Source: Octopus sinensis (taxonomy: Eukaryota). From it: a stretch of DNA of 64,000 bases. Positions 41,198 to 55,119 of the stretch are shown in pieces. Position 1 is the first letter of the stretch, and each line of letters opens with the position of its first letter. The stretch is from NCBI RefSeq assembly GCF_006345805.1, contig NC_043001.1:106826001-106890000 (forward strand), in the 5' to 3' direction. The notes under the pieces were generated by a model that saw only the letters and a list, made by a program, of their open reading frames with translations, was not told the origin of the DNA and ran no database searches. Position numbers and translations under genes: made by a program.

Positions 41198-42668
41198 CTG
41201 GCCAAAATAAGGTTAAAGACAGTTTTATTCCTTCATTAATATATTTTTGACAAGACTATATAAAATTATTTTACTTTTTACAGTTTATGTAGAATATTTT
41301 TTCTCTTTCGAATGATATAAGCATTATATATCTTTCTACAATTCAAATAATTTTAATGCGCAATTAATTCAAATGATTAGAAATTGTCAACAAAATAAGT
41401 TTAAGACAGTTCCAAGATTATGCAAATTAATAAACCAAATTGGTGGTCATATGGCTTGTTGAACTGCATTTTTTGTTTAATAATCGAGCATTGTTACACA
41501 TTAAAATGTTGTGGGGAAGCGTTATAGTGTCAGCTCAGTTACTAGATCAAAGATTGTGTTGTTTCATCAGCAAAATGTGTCCTTCATGAACATTAGCAAG
41601 TAATTAGGATGCAGCAAAACGGCTTGTGTTCAAGCATCGAATCATTACCAAGCCACTGGTCAATACAAAGATCGGCAAAGAAAGGAAAACAACAGCACCG
41701 ATGGATCGGCGAATTCATAAGATCTCTGAATGTAACCGAATGCTAACAGCAGTTAATATTTGCAAGCAATTATCTGATGAAACTAATATCAGCTTTACAC
41801 CACAAACTGTCAGAAACCGTCTAAAAGAATTTGGATTGTTCGGCCAGATCGCTCGAAAGAAGCCGATAATTTCTGAGACGTATCGGCGGATGTGGATCAA
41901 ATCTGCTAAAAGGCATATTGAATGGACGGCCGAAGACAGGTAAAAAGTTCTTTGGAGCAACGAATCCCGCTTCTGCATCTTTGGATCAGACGGAAAGACT
42001 TAAGTTAGATGCCGTCCAACTGAAGAATTCCATCCTAAGTGAGTCATGAAAATGGCGCAAGCAGGAGTTGGTGGGATAATGGTGTGGGCTGCGTTCAGCA
42101 GCTTAGGTGTTGGTCCAATTGTTAGGGTTGGTGGCTATTTGCAATTAGTAAACGAAAATGTGCTACCATATTTAAATAATCAGATGCCACCAGCAGAACG
42201 ATTGCCCCGTTCATAAGGCTAGGAAAATTTTGCAATATTTTGAGCGTAATAATATGGTGGTTATTGAGCGGCCTCCGCATAGCCCAGCTTTGAATCCGAT
42301 AAAAAATTTATGGAATTATGTTTCTAAAAGATTTCATGCTAAAAGACCAACAATTTAAACCCAATTATATAATTTTACTGAAGAAATATGGCAGAACATT
42401 CCAAGTGATTTTTGTGCTCATTTGTCGAACTCCGTGTCCCACCGTTGTAAGGCTGTAATTGAAAATAATGGCTTTGGAACTAGATACTAATAATAAATTT
42501 TTGTTCGTTGATCATTTGTGCCGTAAATTTTCAATTTAAACAAAATAATGTTGTTACGGTCTTAAACATATTTTACCGATAATTTTTAATCATTTGAATT
42601 AATTGCGCATTAAAATTATTCAAATTGTAGAAAAGTATATAACGCCTGTATCATTCGAAAAAGAATAA
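41196..42668 (+). mobile_element. Tc1-family (IR/DR type) transposon with pseudogenised DD34E transposase
   Basis: TA|tactggccaaaataagg start. Direct repeats within the left IR (41202 and 41391). 41310-41410 is inverted at 42555-42665. Motifs ARKKP, VLWSNESRF, IMVWAAF, QQND, PPHSPALNPIKNLW with stops and frameshifts; catalytic D to N and E to K. Confidence 0.9.
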
Positions 42669-42767
42669 CATGAACACGCACACATTTACACGCACCGCCC
42701 TGACAATTACATGACACACTCACACAAACACACCATACAGAAAAATATTCATATATATATATAAATA

Positions 42768-42821
<54 letters not shown>

Positions 42822-42879
42822 CACATGCATATACACAGATACACATATGAACACATTCATTTATGCAGACATACACATA

Positions 42880-43422
42880 CATGCTGGAAGTAAATAAACA
42901 CCTTTAATTTTCAAAATTTCTGATCTAAGCGTCTTAATATGTTTTCAGCGTTGCAAAATTTAAAATGTAAATATTATTTTTCATTCCAGGTGCCATTATA
43001 TTAAACATTTGCGAAGAGTAACAATGCCACGCACAAAAAATTCAGCAGAACTTATTGTTGGGCAATCTGAGGCAGGTCTTAGCCAGCGCAAAATTGCCGA
43101 AAATCTTCAAATTCCTCTTGCTACTGTTAATAGAATTATAGTGAAATTCAAAAACCAAGGAAAAGAATCTACAGATTCTCGTCCCGGCCGACCTGGACCC
43201 TCGGAAAGGAAGCTTCACTGTTTGAAGAGAATTGTGGAAAACGAACCCAGTTCGAAGTCTTCTGACATTGCAAAACAGCTAGAAATTAGTCCAAGAAAGT
43301 GTGTTACATATCTGCATAAGCTTGGGTATTATGGATGAGTAGCTAGAAGAAAACCTCCTTCAACCAATTAATATCAAATAAAAGATTTTGAAAATTAAAG
43401 GTGTCTATTTACTTCCTGCATG
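42880..43422 (+). mobile_element. Internally deleted Tc1-like element retaining the N-terminal DNA-binding region
   Basis: 38-bp TIRs (catgctggaagtaaataaacacctttaattttcaaaat) with 2 mismatches and a left TA. ORF MPRTKNS...[22 protein letters not shown]...RPGRP...HKLGYYG* followed by VARRKP. No catalytic domain. Confidence 0.85.
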
Positions 43423-43926
43423 TCTCTGTACATACATAAAGTGAACATATGTATAACAACACGAACAATACTACGGCTATCAATACTACTAATAATGATG
43501 ATGATGAGGAGGAGGAGGAGGAGGGAAATAACAACAACAACAATAACTCTGGCATATTACTCTGAAAAATTTCGCTATTTAATCAGATGCAAGTAAGAGA
43601 TGGCTATTATTTTCTCTTTACGGTGTTTATTCAATTTATCAGTAACATTATGAATAACAGCAATATAAACATTAGAGTGATTATATCAACAGTTATTTAA
43701 CGTTCATTAGTAAGATGAGACGGCTTGTATGATATTCTGACTGGCACAGTGATGTTATTCATAAATGTAAAAGTAATTTTTCAATACCAGTTGAAATATC
43801 TAATGGCTTATAGATGTTATATATTATACTAAAAAATAAAACCACTATAATATGCAGATGTGTGGAAGTCTGTATGTTAGCATATGTATGTATGTATGTT
43901 AGCATATGTATGTATGTATGTATGTA

Positions 43927-43967
<41 letters not shown>

Positions 43968-43984
43968 TGTGTGTTTGTGTGTGT

Positions 43985-44114
43985 GAGGGAAGACGCAAGG
44001 TTCAGTGGTTAGACTGATGGGGTCACAATTATGAAGTAGTGCGTTCGATTTCCAGGCTGGTCTGTGTGTTCGCTTCTTGAGCAAGGCACTTTATTTCACG
44101 TTCAGTTCACTCAG

Positions 44115-44115
<1 letters not shown>
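43985..44115 (+). mobile_element. tRNA-derived SINE head
   Basis: A-box-like ggttcagtggttaga, B-box-like gttcgatttcc, then cttgagcaaggcactttatttcac. No acceptor stem or CCA. Confidence 0.6.
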
Positions 44116-44159
<44 letters not shown>

Positions 44160-44360
44160 TAATGCTCGTTGCTTAGTTTTTCTTGGAGGGCTGGCCGTGA
44201 TCTAGTAATCTCAAGATTAATCAGCCGAAATTACTACGATGATCCGGTTCTTGACTGAAGACTGAGGGGTTCGAATGTCCTGTCCATGTTTATTGTATCG
44301 TCTTCTAAGAGTTATACGTTCTTGTCCATGTTGTATTTTTCTACATACCTTAATATATAT

Positions 44361-44393
<33 letters not shown>

Positions 44394-44559
44394 TTGAAAT
44401 TTATAGAAAAACAAAAGACGACAAATGTATGAACAACAACCAAGTGTATTAGTTTGACGCTCGAGAAAATGAAAAAGGCTTTTATATATAGATATATCTG
44501 TGTGTGTGTGTATGCAGCGGTCTTGCTATAGGTCTTTTGCATTTCTTCTGGGTGATTGC

Positions 44560-46300
44560 TAGGAATCCATCAAGGCTTGTGGCTAAGTTTGAGCTCATTT
44601 CCTCTATTTGGATGCTATCAATAATTGTCTATCAGGCATAGTTATTTGCAATGAACGCGAAAGCATTCTTCTAATGAACGTTTAGTATTTAACAGATCCT
44701 GCGGTGGTCTGCAGTCGGTGAGCCATTTTCCTCAAACAGTGGCCTTATCTTCTACCGTACTGAAGCAGACTTTTTGCAAATCTATATAAGGCTTTTGGGT
44801 TTGCCTTAATATTTTCTTTTTTTATTTCTGCTCTCTCCTTTTCATGGGAGAGTATGAGTTCATTTTCGGTTTTGAGTAATGTTTGTTTGAGATTCGATCC
44901 TTTAGTGGTCCATTTAGACGGTTTGAGAATCTTTCTATCCCTGGGAATTACATTTTTCTGTTGGCTTAGTATTCTCTCTGGAGCAAAGTAACTGCATATG
45001 TCATGCATGATTGTTATAAAATGCTGCAGCTATGTGTAAACATCTTACGCAGTGAGACTGGTAGACCAGTTTTGTTCCATGACCTAATTCTGAATACCCT
45101 TCCAATCAACTTTGCGAAGGTTCAGGCTCGAGAGGAGTTGGATGCTTCCAGTAGCCAGTATGTCTACAGATTTCAAAGGACCATACATTGTTAGTTCTAT
45201 TCAGTTATAGTCTGAGAGAATCGTCAATGTCACCATAACGTTATGGATGAGCGCTGCGTCATTTGTGAAGCAGAGGTTTTGGACATTTTGTTTGGTTGAG
45301 CTCTAAATTGCTCCATAAAGAGCATGCTTGCGAGCTCGAGCAGAGACTCTGCTTGCCTCTGTTCATGCAGTGACATACTTGAGAGAATGCAGCCCTTAAG
45401 TCATTCGACTTTAGAGAGGTCGAAGTCCCTTAGAAGTGTGTAAAGGTTGTCATCAACATTGGTTAATACATCTTCCATTTTTTTGAGATTCTCTTCAAAT
45501 TAGTCCCCATGACTTGGAGTATCTGGTGGGCGAAATGTAGTACATATTACCATTTTCATCTCTGTTTAATGTGTACTACCAGAATGTGAGAGATTTCGTT
45601 TAAGTGTGGCAGCAGAACTACAGGTATGACATCTTCCCGGGTGTACATTGCAACTCCACCATGAGTCCTTTCTCTTCTGTCAGTTCGAAATACAACTTAT
45701 ATTGGGGTGAGTAAAACGAGTTTCACTTACACGGGATTAGGAATGAGCAAATCTACAACCTTTCCCAACGTCTTCATGCCAGAAGGTACCCTTTGCATAG
45801 GACTTGCAGACTGGTTGGGCTTTCTTTTTATCAGAACCTTTGTCTTCGCAAGTTCTATTTCTTTTTATTTCATGTTTCTGCACCCACTTTGGGTCCACGT
45901 CCATTCTTAGCTTGTCTGCTTGCTTGTGCCTTCATCTCCATCTTTGACTTCTTTTGTTTTGCTGCTGTTGTTCTCCTTGGGCTCACAGTTGTCTAGAGTA
46001 ATGATATCTACATTGCTCGCCCCTCACAGCATCACCCTGACCATTCTCGGATTCCATTGAATGACTAGTTTCTTTTTCACCCTTTTGTGTTTTCGCCTCC
46101 TCTTTAAATATTTTGTCATGTAAATCTATGTGCAGTTGAATTAATGCAAACGAACGAATGAAATCCTTTTCCCTTTCCATTTGAGCCATAGCTCGGAGAA
46201 AGCCAAAGGTCTTCAGGTCTTTGTCATTAAGGTTTTGGGTGACGATCCTTCTGCGAGATTCCATGCGAGGAGCATTGTTTTAATTTCTTGGAACTGCTAG
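44560..46300 (-). mobile_element. CR1/L2-group LINE 5' half (ORF1 remnant with CCCH-like finger, AP endonuclease)
   Basis: CKSYAKG..W...GKGCRFAH finger-like remnant, RTDRRERTHGGVAMY, TFRPPD, RDFDL (GDFN-like) and NIKANPKALYRFAK; many stops. Confidence 0.75.
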
Positions 46301-46469
46301 TTTCTCTATATTTTGAAGCTTATGCTGTCTTTGGTGCAGTTGGCTTTGCTGAGGCCCATGTTACTGAGATAGGGAGGGATAAAAGTCGGGAAGAGATACA
46401 GACAGATATGCAGAGAGAGAGAGAAAAAAAAAGAGAAAAAGAGAGAGATGTAAATGCAGTGAAGAAAAT

Positions 46470-46504
<35 letters not shown>

Positions 46505-46819
46505 GTAATGGTAATGAAGAAAAGCAGAGAGAGGAGACAGACAGATAAACGTGGATGGTGATACAAAGACAGAGAGAGAAGAAAGAAGATAAGAGAGATA
46601 GTCGAAAAAAGCAGAGAGGAGAAACGTAGAGAAAAGCGAGGATAAGAGAGAGGGATGCAGAGGCAGTCAGGAAAAGCAGGTGGGGGGGGGGAATAAACTG
46701 ATAGAGACAGAGAGCGAAGAAAAAAGAAAAAGGGAAAGAGAAAATTGAAAAATGAGAGAAACAGACTAATTGATATATATTTGGAAATCGAGAAATATAC
46801 GAATCAATGTTAATGCAAA

Positions 46820-47142
<323 letters not shown>

Positions 47143-47764
47143 GATGTTTTCAGCAAGATGGAAAGAAGAGCGTGTGTAATTAATTAATTACCGGCTCGTT
47201 TGATAATTGTGAAAGACATGTGCAGTTAATTAATTAATAACTACTTTGTCTGAAATTTGCGAATACACATATGAGAAGCCTATTTGTGTTTAGTTTCGTA
47301 AATATATACAGTAGAAAATAATATATGCGAGAAGTCTACTACTTGTCTGTGATCACTTTCACCTGAAAATCTATAAATACGAAAATCTCTATAAAGGAGA
47401 AGCTTATTTGTTTGTAATTAGTGTTTTGCCTCAAAAACTGAAACATATACATGATGCCTATTTGTTTTTCAATAAAATGAAACGCTGTCTGAAAAGAAAG
47501 TTACTTTTACAGTTATTGGGACATAGAATTTCACTACCTGTAAATACGAGAGCAATATTACTTCAAGATTTCTGATTTTGATAACTTTTAATGGTTAAAT
47601 AAACAAAAATTCAATACAAACGTTTCCTCCTGTATTATTCTGTAAAAAAAAATGAACTATTTTACTATGCAATTTGGGAAGTTTAACTATAGCTTCGAAA
47701 TTTGTATGTATATATACATGTATATATATTTTATATGTATGTATTTATAATATATATAATCTTT

Positions 47765-48120
47765 TCTACTCTAGGCACAGGGCCCAAAATTTTGGGGGAG
47801 GGGTCTAGTCAATTAGATCGATCTCAGTACGCAACTGGTATTTAATTTATTGACCCTGGAAGGATGACAGACAAAGTCAACCTTGGAGGAAACTAGAACG
47901 TAAAGACAGACGAAATACCCATTTCTTTATTACCCACAAGAGGCTAAACACAGAAAGGACAAACAAGGACAGACAAATGGATTAAGTCGATTATATCGAT
48001 CCCAGTGCGTAACTGGTACTTATTTAATCGATCCCGAAAGGATGAAAGGCAAAGTCGACCTCGGCGGAATTTGAACTCAGAATGTAGTGGCAGACGAAAT
48101 ACCTATTTCTTTACTACCCA
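47765..48120 (-). mobile_element. Tandem SINE multimer with the same junction as 1941-2473
   Basis: gacgaaatacc.atttcttta.tacccac junction at 47909 and 48093. Confidence 0.8.
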
Positions 48121-48399
48121 TCTGGCTTTCAGTTTACAATGTCTTATTGCAAATCGCATTCATAAATAAAGCGTCCGCGATATACGGTAAACACAGCCAA
48201 ATTGTATTCGTAAATTTAGATTACCTTTTTCTTTTACTGTACTGTATTGATAAATAAAAATTGTTTGTAAACTTAAAATAGATTTTTATTAATCATGTAT
48301 TATTGAAAATGCATTCATAAATGAAGTACAGAACTGGGAATGGTTATTATCGGTTTAGCCTAGAGAAAAGCAAATTCGGCCTAACCTTCCCTAGAAACA

Positions 48400-48723
48400 A
48401 GTTAATTCGACTTAAGTTGTGTCTCTTGGAACCAGTTAACGACGTAGGGTGAGATATGCCAGTATATATATAAGAAATAATTAAGGCTCAGTTGAATTAG
48501 GTACTTAAGTTGAGGCACCAAGTCAGTCCGGTATTATCCGCACAGCTCGAAGTTTAATAATATCAATAAGTAACAGGATTTCAAGTATTAGTGCAATACA
48601 ACCGTTTCAAGCGGCTTCATTTAATTGAAGAATTATATCAATACTGTATTTAAATTAATGTAATACTTGCATTGTTCAATTAAATGAAGCCGCTTGAAGC
48701 GGTCGTATTGCACTAATACTTGA
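48400..48723. repeat. Penelope-like terminal repeat ending in a 49-bp-arm inverted repeat
   Basis: 48581-48629 vs 48675-48723, 2 mismatches. A related short copy lies at 8136-8165. Confidence 0.75.
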
Positions 48724-48745
48724 CCTACTGTTATTTATTTTGATC

Positions 48746-48785
<40 letters not shown>

Positions 48786-50244
48786 ATGCAAACAAGTTGT
48801 TTAAATAGCCACTAAAGCCATTAATTCAGTGGTGTAAGACAATTGGATATACCAATTTTACATATTAAATACATTCTTAGCAACTGGTATGTACGCATTG
48901 ATTGCTGGTAAGGATACCATATTTCGTTATTTTTAAATTTATTTACTAAGGCCTATTCCCCACAACAAAACACACAACAGACATTCCATTCATTTCCCAG
49001 CTCAAAGAGGCAAACCTATCCTATGCTCGGGTCAAGGCATACAAAACAACCCCCGGTATCAGCAACGGGGCTCCGACAGCGTATGCTGGTTTACCCCCGC
49101 CGCATCATGCTGGTTCCGTACCCCTTTGAGCAACATCAATTCACTCATCCGTCCACAAACACTCTCCAAACTTTCCTATCATTAATAAACTCTCTTGCCT
49201 CTCTCACCTCGTTATGCAACAATGATATACTACCAGATATATTAAAGGCTTACAGTTCCATAGCGTGTCCTACCTGTGCTACCGGTACGATTTAATCACT
49301 TTTTAAAGTTATCTGTACAGATTTTCTATAGAAATTAGAGCCAGCACTGAAAGTTACGATGTTTCCTATACGAATAATTTTATGTAAACAATGCGATCGA
49401 AGACAGAAAAATAGGTAATGAGTGTATGTGCATATTTCCGGAGTAATTGCTCCTTCTCGGTACCACATCCAACCCATTGTATATTTGGTGGTTTACTTTG
49501 GTTTCATAACGAAATACTGTGTCCCTACAAGCAATTAATATATGTCTGTGTGTGTGCACGCGCACGTGTATATGGGTGTATACGCGCGCACGCACACACA
49601 CACACACACACATGCTTCCGAGTCTTCTCAGTTTCTCAGCTCATCTTTTTCACAGGGAGCAATCCTGGGTCAAATAAAGACTGAAAGAGGACGCTTGGCA
49701 TTTTGGAAGTTCTAAGTTGACGTTCAGAAGATTAGAGGAGAGCAAAAGCAACAACGTTCTCGGGGAAACTGAGCGCCGATGAAAATCAAATGGTTAGACT
49801 GTTCCGGCGGAATTTTGATCCGAAGCCCATAGATAATTTCCAGAAATTCTTGGCCTAACAATGGTACCGGTAAATATTGCCAATTCGAGGACCTGCTCCA
49901 GATGCGCACAAGTATACGAAACCCTTCTGAATGTATACGTCTAGGACTCAAGCCCTGTTGACTTGCAGATAATTTATTGCGTGTAGAACGTATCCAGCGT
50001 GTAGGACGCATCCATTGAGAATAGCAGCCTTGACAAAACAGGCTGTATGGTGGATAAGACTCAAATACCTTCCTTTTTAGACTCAAATACCTTCTTTTTT
50101 AGCCTAGCCTTCAACTTTAAGTTTCAAATGCAACGAGAGATGAGGGTGGAGAAGGACGTGCTGCTGAAGGCAGAGAGGGAGGTTTTTGTTCAATGATTTC
50201 TGATTAATAAAAGAATTGTTGTTATTGTTGTTGTTTATTATTAT

Positions 50245-50800
50245 TAAAGGTAGCAAGCTAGCAGAATCGTTAGCACGCCAGGAAAAATGCTTAGCGGCAT
50301 TTAAAATTTCACCGTGGTCAAATTTGTCATCATTTCTGGGTCGATAAAATAAGTACTAGTTGAGCACTGAGGTTGATGCAATCAATTTAACCCCTCTCCT
50401 GAATTTGCTGGCTTTGCACGACATTTTGAAACCTTTATTATTAGTAGTAGTATTATGACTAAGACAGCGAATAAGCAGAATAGGTAGGGCGCTGGGCAAA
50501 AAAAATTCTCGTGACATTTCTTCTGAATTTGCGTCCTGAATTCAAATTCCGTCGAGTTAACTGTCTTTCATATTCCGAAGTTGATAAAATAAAGTATCAG
50601 TCAAGTACTGGGATCATTGTAATTGATAAATATATATACGACGGGTTTCTTTGGGTTTCCGTCTACCAAATTCACTCACAAGGATTTGGTCGACCCGAGG
50701 CTATAGTAGGAGACACTTACCCAAGATGCCACGCAGTGGGACTGAACCCGGAACCATGTGGCTGGAAAGCAAGCTTTTGCCACACAGTCAATCCTGCGAT
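50245..50800. mobile_element. Cluster of three SINE copies (two plus-strand family 1, one minus-strand family 2)
   Basis: Heads agcaagctagcagaatcgttagcacgcc and agcgaataagcagaat; cacgcagtgggactgaacccggaaccatgtgg. Confidence 0.75.
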
Positions 50801-51043
50801 ATATAGATTCATGTTTTTAGTAATTTACCTTCTTTGTTGTTTTTTTTTTTGTGTATGAATGTACACGCATACACATAGATATAGGTATTTACGCATGTAG
50901 AAACATATATACTTATAATTATACCGATGTGTGTTTGTAATTTATACCTACAAATATGTATATATGTGTGTATACATACAGAAACATATACAGACACATT
51001 CATATATATATATATATATATGTGTGTATATATATGCATATAT

Positions 51044-51110
<67 letters not shown>

Positions 51111-51128
51111 TGTGTGAGAGAGAGGGAG

Positions 51129-51176
<48 letters not shown>

Positions 51177-51284
51177 GCAACACAGTCATATATGTATGCA
51201 ATATATATATTTGTGAGTGTGTTTCTGTGTGTATACACACAGATATATACATACCTATTTGTAGGTATAAATTTACACACGCAT

Positions 51285-51315
<31 letters not shown>

Positions 51316-51326
51316 TATATATATAG

Positions 51327-51370
<44 letters not shown>

Positions 51371-52167
51371 CGAATTCAGTTGTAACAGGGAAAAAGTTTA
51401 TAATTCAAAACAAATAGCAAATAACACTTTCGCAGCAAATCCCTAAACTATTAAAAGCTATTTTATAACGTATGTATAAGGTCGCACATTCGGGAGGAAG
51501 GGTTAGTCGATTAAATCGTCCATAGTACTTATTTTATCGACCCGTGGAAGGATGAAAAGCAAAGTTGCCCTCACAGCTATTTGAACTGAAAGTTTAAAGT
51601 GCTGTAAATTAAAATAGGTTTGGAATACGGAAAATACATAGTCTGTGAATATCCTGTTCTTTCGTGGGAAACATGATAAATTCCTAACTTTTAATCAAGT
51701 GTGACCCAGATTATATATCGTGTGTATATATATATATGTATATGGATGTATGTAAATAAATATATGTGGATATATATATTATATATATATATATTATATA
51801 TATATATAATATATATATATATACACGCGTGTGTATGCATGTGTGTGTATACACACACACATATATATATGGATATTTATATGTATATTTGTATGCGTAT
51901 ATATATATATACACACAAATAGATATAGATAGATACATAGATACATACATACATACATACATACATACATACATACATACATACACATATACAATATATA
52001 TATATAGTTGTGTGTGTATATTTATATACATATTTAGATATATGCGCGGTCTATATGTGCGTGTGTGTGTGTATATATATGTACATATACTCGTAGAAAT
52101 GTATACATTTTTATGTGTGCACGCGTTTTGTATGTGTTTGTGCGTAATGTGATTGCGTGCGTGCATG

Positions 52168-52198
<31 letters not shown>

Positions 52199-52203
52199 TG
52201 TGT

Positions 52204-52248
<45 letters not shown>

Positions 52249-52426
52249 TGTGTGTAAGAGCCTGTGGGCGATGGTTGATGGTGGGGTGCCGATCTGTTTT
52301 TCGATATATAGTCCTCAGAAACATCGCTTTTTATGAAATCACAGTCGGTATGAAATTAACTAAATCCTTTCCTTAATTGATACAGCAGATATAATACTGA
52401 GAAGGCCGCAATGCCACACCGCAACC

Positions 52427-52622
52427 ATCATCATCATCATCATCATCATCACTAGCATTAACTCCACGACTACCACCACCATCAACACCACCACCACCAC
52501 CACCACCATCACCATCACTACCACCATTATCATCCTGTCGTTGTCATCAACATCATCATCATCACTTTCATTACCATCAACAGTAATAAAAACGTTAACA
52601 TTGTCGCTACTGTTAGTCATCG

Positions 52623-52655
<33 letters not shown>

Positions 52656-52666
52656 GTATGTTGTTG

Positions 52667-52720
<54 letters not shown>

Positions 52721-52800
52721 TATTATTATTATTATTATTATTATTATCATTAATAGTTTTATTATTGTTGCAGTTGTTGTTGTTGCTGTTGTTATTTTCG
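52427..52800. repeat. Compound trinucleotide microsatellite (CAT)n/(CAC)n/(TAT)n/(GTT)n
   Basis: Directly visible. Confidence 0.95.
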
Positions 52801-53146
52801 TTTTATATTCTTCAAAGAAATAAGATGCCAGTATTTATAAAAATGTATTTAAACCAAATCATCGTTGAAATATACATTTGATGAAGAAAGCAGAAATTCT
52901 ATGAAACCGTTCAAAAATATAAATAGGGTGGGGGTACATAAACGATGTCTGAAGCTATTTGACCAGAACATTAGCGATTCCGCTACTTGAGAAATATTTC
53001 TTGTCGAAGTATATGCCGAGGTGTATGAGTCGCAATAGTATTTCTCTTAATCTCTCACTAGTAATGTTGCTAACAAATATCATATATAATATATATTATA
53101 CACACACACACACACACACATACATACATTCATATATATATATATA

Positions 53147-53194
<48 letters not shown>

Positions 53195-53218
53195 TTTATT
53201 TTAAGCAGCAGAAAATTC

Positions 53219-53272
53219 AACAAAATCTGTTACTCTGAGTTTCTCGTTGCCGTTCATCAGACAGTTTTTGTT
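53219..53272 (-). ncRNA. Minimal type-I hammerhead ribozyme motif in a ~106-nt Penelope-like end between AT tracts
   Basis: Stem I aacaaaaactgt/acagattttgtt (11 of 12 bp), CUGAUGA, stem II CG-GCAA-CG with an A.A mismatch at 10.1-11.1, GAAA, stem III ACUC-A-GAGU near-palindrome, GUA triplet. Confidence 0.65.
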
Positions 53273-53297
53273 AGAATCACATTTATGTGTTTACTCC

Positions 53298-53388
<91 letters not shown>

Positions 53389-53518
53389 ATATATACATAT
53401 ATACATATATATTATATATATATATATATATATAAACACATACATTACCATATCTTTTTTACATGTATGCATTCGTACATGCCTACTTATTTATATTACT
53501 CCATACATCAGTACATTC

Positions 53519-53578
<60 letters not shown>

Positions 53579-53627
53579 GTAGATAGATAGATAGATAGAT
53601 AGATACATACATACATACATACATACA

Positions 53628-53661
<34 letters not shown>

Positions 53662-54031
53662 CATACGTATATACAATCATATATATCATTGATGTCATGT
53701 TTACAAGAAATATGGGTTCATATCCTACAAGCAGCCTCTGATTTTTCTGTAGAAAGGGTTGGGCTTTTTAAAACCAATATTTACACGTTATTATAGCTTT
53801 ATTTGCTTTGGAATGCAGTTTCATAAAGGAATATTCATACATGAATACACACACACACACACACACACTCACACACACACACAAACAAACAAACACACAC
53901 ACATACACACACAAACAAACAAACAAACACACACACACACACAGATAATGAAAGAATAAATATGGATGTGAACTTGCTATCCATTATAACATATGTTATG
54001 CTTCGATATTCGGTACTTAAATTTTGTCATG

Positions 54032-54208
54032 TGGCTGCCATTTAAGCGATGTTATTTTTCATATGTGATGTAGTGGTATTGCAAAATTTGACTTGTGCAT
54101 ATTAATTTCCATATGTCCTTTGTATTGTATCAAAATTTCATGCCTTTATTTGTAAATTAAGGAAGTTCTTAAAAATTGAATCCCATTAGTGACTTTTGGA
54201 ACGCTCTG
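54032..54208. mobile_element. Isolated long TIR of a mariner/Tc1-superfamily element
   Basis: Reverse complement of 54269-54446; ends ...ctctg|TA. Confidence 0.8.
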
Positions 54209-54242
<34 letters not shown>

Positions 54243-54268
54243 ATATATATTATATATATATATATATA

Positions 54269-54815
54269 CAGGGTGTTTCCAAAAGTCACTAATGGGATTT
54301 ATTTTTAATAACTTCCTTAACTTTACAAATAAATGCATGAAATTTTGATACAATACAAAGGACATATGGAAATTAATATGCACAAGTCAAATTTTGCAAT
54401 ACCACTACATCACATATGAAAAATGACATCGCTTAAATGGCAGCCATTTTCGGAACGTGAAGGTCATTGAAAGTAGACCTCACACATGATTCCAGCAAGA
54501 TGGAGCAATTGCTGATACCGCAAGAGAAACAATGTAGTTGGTACGGCAGTGCTTTGAGAGAGACTAATCGCCCGCTGCGGCAATGTGAACTGGCCTTCAC
54601 GTCTCCCAGATTTGACTAGCCCAGATTTTTTTTTGCGGGAGGGACCTGAAAGAGAGTGTTTACATCAACAATCTGGAGACCCTGGTGCAACTGAAGAACA
54701 TCAATAGAGAAATCAGAGAAGTGGGGTCTGAAAATCTAGAAGGTGTTATGGTGCAAGTTTTGGAAAGAGCACGGCCGTGCGAAGTCGAAAATGGCTACCA
54801 TTTGAGCGGTGTCAA
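54269..54815 (+). mobile_element. Internally deleted mariner-like element: TIR plus transposase C-terminus
   Basis: TA|cagggtgtttcc TIR. FQQDGA..TARETM, WPSRLPDLTSPDFF and LKESVY motifs. Confidence 0.85.
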
Positions 54816-54855
<40 letters not shown>

Positions 54856-55071
54856 ATATATATGTATATGTATATGTATATATATATATACACACACACA
54901 CACACATAATTAGAGAGACGCAAGGGTAATGGCTATTTTTTTACATTCGCTACATGAACCGTGCGTGTTTACTTGTAGTGAAATATGTGGCTTTGTTATA
55001 ATACGCATATTTATAAACAGATATATATATAGAGACACAAATATATGTATGTGTGTATATATTTATGTATT

Positions 55072-55119
<48 letters not shown>

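Noticed and set aside
43985-44060. tRNA gene
   Set aside because: A and B boxes are present, but there is no cloverleaf or acceptor stem and it continues into SINE body. The same applies to the other SINE heads.
44180-44240. Hammerhead-like ggctg/cagcc stem followed by GAAA
   Set aside because: The 5' core reads CTTGGAG and the cleavage position would be G, so essential core bases are missing.
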